Shown piece after piece: positions 33,681-40,150 of a stretch of 40,150 nt of DNA; position 1 is the stretch's first letter, and each line of letters begins with the position of its first letter. The translations under genes were made by a program, and so were the position numbers. This DNA comes from Bipalium vagum. Lineage: Eukaryota. Location of the stretch: assembly GCA_037834085.1 (NCBI GenBank), contig JBBMKC010042907.1, positions 1-40,150 on the forward strand. Reading direction: 5' to 3'. Below the pieces are notes generated by a model, which was not told the origin of the DNA, ran no database searches, and saw nothing but the letters and a program-made list of their open reading frames with translations.

Positions 33681-36600
33681 ATCGATAGTCTCAATTGATT
33701 GTGTGTTTGCGTGTCTGTCTGGTGTTAATGTGTTTGATATATATATTGTGTCATTTATCAATTGTATTGTCATTGTGAATAATCATATATTTAAAAAATA
33801 ATGGTCTTGTGAGGGTTTTTCTCTTTTCCAATCTCGTTATATCTATTTTTCCCTATTTTGCCTCATTCACAAAGGTCTGATGTGTACAGAAAAACGTTGA
33901 AAGAACGGTTTTTAATTGTTTCCATGCTTCGTATTTAGAAATTTTCAAAAAACGATTTTGTTTGATTAATTTTTCATGTTTAAATCAATTAATGAAAGAT
34001 TTTTAATTATTATTGTTTTATGTAATTAATATTTTAACAAATCGATTTTATTAATCTATATTATAATTAGTTTATGTTTGGGATGTGTTTTTTATTAAAT
34101 GTTAGTTAAAGTTATGCCAGGAATGACTGATATTTAATGAGATTTCGATCTGACTTGACCGTATTTGAAAAATGAACAAGGATAATTACATTCCGCGTCT
34201 TAAGCTGGTTCAGTTCTCTTTGTTGATTCTCAATAAATTTTATTAGGTTTTAAGGTAATTAGAATTTTATTTTGTAATGCCATACCTCAGATTGTGAATG
34301 GTATTAGGTCAGTCGGTTAGGAATGGAAATTTTAAAAAAGAAATGTTAATTTTAGTGAAAGTCATCGTTGAAAAAAAGATTTTAATTGTTTCATCGAAAT
34401 TCTAAAATATTTTCTTTTCATTAAATGTTTAAAATGATAGTGAAAAATAAGAAAATTTTAATTATTGATATTTTGTAAAAAAATATTTTATAAATTGATT
34501 TTAATTTTTTTAGATCTTATTTGTTAAATTTGTGTCAAGCATCAATTTACCGTTTTTATCATGTTTGAAAAATTAAAGTTCGTTCCTTTCAGCTCATGAC
34601 GTGCTTTCTCGAAATTGTTCCAGCTATTTCTGATTCTTATACATTTTTTTGGATTTTTTAAATTGTAGAAATTGTCCTGTTTCATTATTTCTTATCAATC
34701 TAAATTTCATGGCTAAAGTGAAAGAGCAGTCGTTTGGGATGTCAATTTTTCTACTAAACCGCTTTTTTCTGATCAAACAATATTTTAATGTCTGTCTTGC
34801 ACAATTTATACAAAATTCATTTCTAATGAAAACAAAAAAAATTCTAATATTGATATATTGTAATTAATGTATTGATTTATTAATTTATAAGAGTTAAGTT
34901 TCAAGGGCTTTATTTTTCTGTAAATACTAAGTTCCACAACATATCCTTAACTTTATTTAAGACAGAGAAGACAAAATTGATCTTCCAATTTCGTATCGTT
35001 AAAATTGATAATTTATATTTTGAGTTTAAGGTTAAAAGTGATCTTCATTTTTTGTTTAACATTATTTCTTTGAAATTTCTTTTGTATTGATTGTAACAAT
35101 TCGCAAGTCGTGAATGGGCCTGATTTGTCATATCGTATCCTAGTTTTAATAAAACTTTAGCTTCGACTTGAATGACAAGATGAGTTATCGAGATAGGACA
35201 AACTACAGTGGACATTACACTTTTCAATTTAGGCTCCTCTTAGCTTCACCATTTTTTGGGGCAACATTAAATTCTAGGGAGTCTAACTATCTAAATAAGT
35301 TTTCTGTGCAATTTAAAATTCCTTTGTTCCGGCTAACATTCACCTTCACCCGAATTTTTAAAGTCTTCAACTATCAAGTGAGTCAAGGTAACATAAAACA
35401 TTTAACTGAGCCTTTCATTGTGGAATTGTCGATTAAGAATGCAGATATTTTAAGAGAACAACAAGGTCAAATAAATTTTACGACAAATATGTTGATAACA
35501 TGATCGTTATGTTATTGATCCATCTTGAAGTTCTCTTAAACATTTGAGGTGCACCTTCAGGTGAGCTTTGTAGAATTATGAAATGTGATTTCTGGACGAT
35601 TTCCACGACACGGTTCGGAAACCTTAAAAGCTGGTTAAGCAGATCACGAGTGTTAATGCCGGTGTCGGTGATTAAATAACATTTTTTAAATAAGACAATT
35701 TTTACAAAATTCCTCAGTAAAAACAGCTCTGATAAGTACGCATACGAAATGATATAATTATATTTTTCATATCCAACTGCTTGGGTCGTTATCTGTTGAT
35801 CAGGAATCCACGCTAACAATAACCAACAACGGTTTTCTGAATAGAGCCATATTAAAAGGTTTCGTATGAATTTGTTTTTACTCAAAAAACGTCAAATAGT
35901 ATTTATCCTGGCCTTAACTTTTACAATAACATTTTCAGTGTTAATGAAAATGTCATACTGGTTATATTTCTGTTTGCAGCATATCTGTACAAACCAATTC
36001 TGTTGAATAGTACAACATAAGACTGAATATAAGCAAGCATTGTTCTTTAATTGCGGACTGTCCTATCAAAATTCCATTGAATTTAGTGTAAAAATATTCT
36101 TATGTTTTAATTGTGTATTATGCTTCAGTATAATGGACAAAAGAGGCATTAGTGTCGAAGAATAAAATGTACTAATTGTTGTCATATTTTTTCAATCTAA
36201 CATTTTTTTGCTAATAAAATCAATACATGACAGAAAAGTTAATATTTTCAAAACATTCTAAGCTCCTTATTAAAATCAGAACCCCTCGATATTACGTACA
36301 CCTCGTTATGATGTGTGTTGAATTGGATAAGTTTTAACAATTTTAAAACATTCACTTTAATATGATAATAGTTTCAATACAGATAAAAATGAACATAAAT
36401 AATCAATATATCACAGAAAATTTAAATAATCGTAAAATTAAATATTTTCAACTTTGAAATAAAATATTCTGAACATAATAAAATAATCGATATTTTTGGG
36501 ATATTTGTGTGATTATTTTGTTGAGTCAATTTTTCAGATAATTATTTTAAAAGTAAAATTAATTTAATATAAATGAATAAAGGCACATCCCTGGAATATC

Positions 36601-37250
36601 ATTGTGATATAAATTTAACATTCACATGCCTGATTATCCTATTTGGAAATCTAAAAATAATAAAATTCAATATTCAATATTTTCCATTCTGAGTACTCCA
36701 TCACAAACCCAAAAGGGTCTCACATTTGAGCAAATGAAAAAGTCTGGCCTTTATTGTCATTTATTATTTTTACAAACTCATTGAAGGATATTAATTAAAT
36801 TAAAATCTTTTAAATTAAATTCAATTAAAAGGAATAAAAAATCTAATTAAATCTATATCAGAAAATTTTTTATCAATAATTGGAAATGTTACACTTAATC
36901 ATTTTTTGACAAATATTTTTTTTTTCTTAATTTTTTTAATTTCTTCTTGGATTCTCAAATTTTATTAAATCAGTTCAACATTTTCTGAACTTTTACATCT
37001 TTATCTCTTCATGTACGTCTTCAGTGTTAAATTCTTAAAAATGGTTTTAAATTCTTATTTTTATCAAATTAATTTTTGCCCTAATCAATTCTCTGGTCTC
37101 CAAATGTCCAATTTCTCATTGTCCAATTTTACTGGTATCTACTTCCATTGTAAATTGGCTTAATAAATCTAAAATAACTCCCATGAAACACAGACGCATA
37201 GGATGAAACCAATTAACTCGTGGTTATTAAGTTATTTTATTATTTTGGTA

Positions 37251-38390
37251 TAGGTCGAGTGAAAAGTCTTTAGTCTTTCACACTGATGGCATTATTATCT
37301 GAAAAAATTATATATAATAAAAAAGTTCATCAATTAACTGTATATCTTTTAAATTTCAAATAAATCTATAAATTGAATATCATTACCTTAAATAAATATA
37401 AATAAGAATAAATGTACGTTAAATCGTTTGCTCTTTTAGAATGCAAAATTTGAAAAATTATGCAATTATTGAGTACTTATTTTAAAAAAAATTAACAGTA
37501 AAAGAAATTCAAATGAGTGTGGTAAACGTGATGAGTGAATGGGATTTTTCAAATTCCACAGTTAAATATTGGGTCACTGCATTTAAATGTGGTCGTAAAC
37601 TGTTTCAGGATGACCTAGACAAAAATTATTGATGAAGTCCAAGATACTGATAGTGTAATATCAGGTTTGAATACTCGTAAAATAGATCACACAAAGGGAA
37701 GAATGAACATACACGCCACATTTTGAAATGTAAATGACATATGAAAAAGATATTAAAATTAAAGGAGTGTCCTATTCCTTAACCATGCAAGGAAAACGCG
37801 GACGAAAAGAAATTTCCGATGAATTGAAACATTTTAAGCAGAATAAAATGATTTCATAAGCTGTTGTTTTAAATTGCCAATGAGACATGGATGTATCATC
37901 AGTATCCTAAATTAGAATAGGAATGATTGCAGTTGACAGAAGCATAATGCTTCTCTTCAAAGCAGCTCAAGAGAGATTAATCAGTGGGAAAGGCTATGGT
38001 ACCAATTTTCGAGGATACAAAAGCTAGTTTGATGATCGACTAACCTGGAAAATGTAAAACAATCAACACAGATTACTATGTTAACCTTGAACAAAAAGAT
38101 TCGTAAAAGAAGTCCAGAGTTGAAGAAGTAAGAAGTAATACAAAGCTTAAGAAACTAAATTACGAATCGATAAAATTTATTATATTCCCCCGATTTGAGT
38201 CCCAACTATTTTAACTTTCCCGAAAATTAAAAAAATATTTGTGGCAGCTTCTTTCATCTAATTAAAAAGCTTTAGCACCTGTAGAACATTACTTTGAAGA
38301 CCGTCCAGAAGTACACTCTAGACATGGAATTAAATTTATTGATAATCACTGGGATGTATTGCAATGTCAGGAAATTTTTTTGATTAATAA
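37251..38390 (+). mobile_element. Decayed mariner transposon, irritans/Himar1-like
   Basis: Left end ta-taggtcgagtgaaaagtctttagtct..gatggc resembles Himar-type ends. From ATG 37441 the broken ORF reads MQNLKNYAIIEYLF*KKLTVKEI..STVKYWVTAFKCGR, NETWMYHQYP, SVGKAMVPIF, KTINTDYY, YSPDLSPNYF, VEHYFEDRPE..GIKFIDNHW. No right TIR was recognised. Confidence 0.88.
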
Positions 38391-39067
38391 ATGTTTGTGA
38401 TATATTTCAAGTATTTTTATTTTTTACAAAATCAATATGGTCACAGTTTTTTATTATAAAAGATCTTCAAAGTTTTTATTAAATAAAAGTTAGTGAAATT
38501 TTGCTACATTGGAAGGTTTGACTTTCTCCAGGTTTTTAGATAAAAAATAAATTCTACCAAAAAGTGACTTTTTTTGCTCTTTACTAAATTTCGGATATCT
38601 TTTCCAGAATGGAATTTCTCTAGACAAAGTACAGCCCTTGTACAATGCTATAAAATGGTTATTAGAAGAAGTAGTATCTGGTGAATACAGGATTAACATA
38701 AAAGTTTCCAAATTCTAAATATTTTTTGAGAATATATATTTAATTTGCATATATCTAATTTTTTTCTCTTTTTTGTCTTCAAAATAAAAAATTCAATTTT
38801 CACAGTTTAATGAGTCTTTTGGTTAATTCACGTTGAATATTTCACTTATGATTTCTTTTTTAGGTTTAATGCCGAGATTCATTACTGAATCAGAAAATCA
38901 GAAAGCTACCCAAGAATGTACTGATTATAGCCTTTAAACAGTGATATTGTCAATTTCATAAGGATTTATAATCAACAAAACCTCACTTTGCAATTTTTAA
39001 TCGATACAATACAGCTAAAAAGTACTTAGACTACACTAGAAATAAAAAAAAATCATTTTTTTAACTA

Positions 39068-39723
39068 TCAGGTATTCGGATTGGTAATGTCGTTTATTTA
39101 AATTGTAAATTGCTTTGTTAAAATAATTTGCTTATCTAATATATTTGTATTTATTTAAAAGAAAATTTGTTTTAATGCACTTTTTGATATAAAGTTTAAT
39201 ATACGGTATATATTATTTAAATTTTAAAAATATTTTAGATCAAACATGAGTGATAAAAATACGGTATGTAGACTTGCCTTCTGTATGATTTCAAATTAGG
39301 AATAAAATGCATCTGAATCCCACCATAGTTTGTCCAAAGTATTTGATAATGATGTTCAATCACATTGCAAAAGTCTCTCAGAAGAAAATTGAGGAATTGA
39401 AGTTGCAAATTCTTTCTCATTCATCATGCAGCCTGAACTTTGCTCCATTCGATTACTATTTGTTCCTATCCATGCAGAATGTTTTGGATGGAAAGAAATT
39501 TAAAAACCGATGCGAGATTGAAATTTTGATATCTAACTTCTTCGAAATTGCGACAGGCTGATTTCTTTAAGATGGGCATTTCTTCTTTATGTGAGCGTTG
39601 GGAACATGTCATTGATATTTCTGGAGATTATATATTGGATTAATATATCTTTTAATAATAATAATAATAGTTTTTATAATAATCTTTTTTGAAAAAAAAG
39701 ACATTTCTAATCCGACAACATGA
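39068..39723 (+). mobile_element. Internally deleted (non-autonomous) mariner with both TIRs and TA target duplication
   Basis: Ends 39066-39095 and 39696-39725 match at 24/30 inverted, including the flanking TA. The N-terminal piece (CLLYDFKLG..ASESHHSL.KVF) is fused to the C-terminal piece (HIAKVSQKKIEELKLQILSHSSCSLNFAPFDYYLFLSMQNVLDGKKF..FFKMGISSLCERWEHVIDISGDYILD*). Confidence 0.92.
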
Positions 39724-39865
39724 TATAAGTATACATTTATAGATCTCCTTCGACCATTACATTAAAGCCTATTTCAATGAAATTTTTCTTTTGGTTATTA
39801 AAGAGGAACCTTATCCTTCATATCATACTTTGAAACAAATTTATGTCCTCGTATGTTTCTTCAGA

Positions 39866-39955
39866 TGATTGAGCAACCAAAAATTCCTTGGTGCAAGATC
39901 TAGCTACAGGGTGATTGAGCAACCAAGAATTCCATTCTAGGGTGATCTAGCTACA
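39866..39955. repeat. Two-copy ~46-bp imperfect direct repeat
   Basis: TGATTGAGCAACCAARAATTCC-N9/10-GATCTAGCTACA at 39866-39908 and 39912-39955. Confidence 0.85.
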
Positions 39956-40074
39956 CAAACTGAGATTTTGTTATTGTCTTGTTTACTTAGATGTATGAAA
40001 AGAAACATTATTATGGCACAAAATCGTTCCTGGATGCTTGACTTGCATCAGATGGTTTGGGTTTCAAGTATGAG

Positions 40075-40143
<69 letters not shown>
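40075..40143. repeat. (ATT)n microsatellite
   Basis: Perfect ATT array near the window end. Confidence 0.97.
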
Positions 40144-40144
<1 letters not shown>

Positions 40145-40150
40145 TTATTA

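Noticed and set aside
39866-39955. CRISPR-like repeat-spacer array
   Set aside because: Only two units, a 9-10 bp variable part, eukaryotic context and no cas genes.

Overview
AT-rich eukaryotic (animal-like) genomic window; the organism cannot be identified from sequence alone. It is dominated by one complete, divergent TRRAP/Tra1 gene (PIKK pseudokinase, + strand, 6532-29176). I assembled it by hand into 52 exons with GT-AG introns and consistent phases, about 4258 aa. Downstream is a small spliced gene (32833/32891-33680, +) encoding a 211-215 aa basic-head/acidic-tail protein with an HMGN-like RRSARLAA motif. The flanks hold three decayed mariner transposons of different types, two decayed non-LTR retrotransposon remnants and (TAA)n microsatellites. 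The most interesting observations are the HMGN-like protein in an apparently non-vertebrate genome, a dense ATTGAT/ATCGAT/ATCAAT motif family in the TRRAP introns, and a ~100-bp inverted-repeat-bounded intronic island whose ends supply splice sites for a cassette or poison exon.
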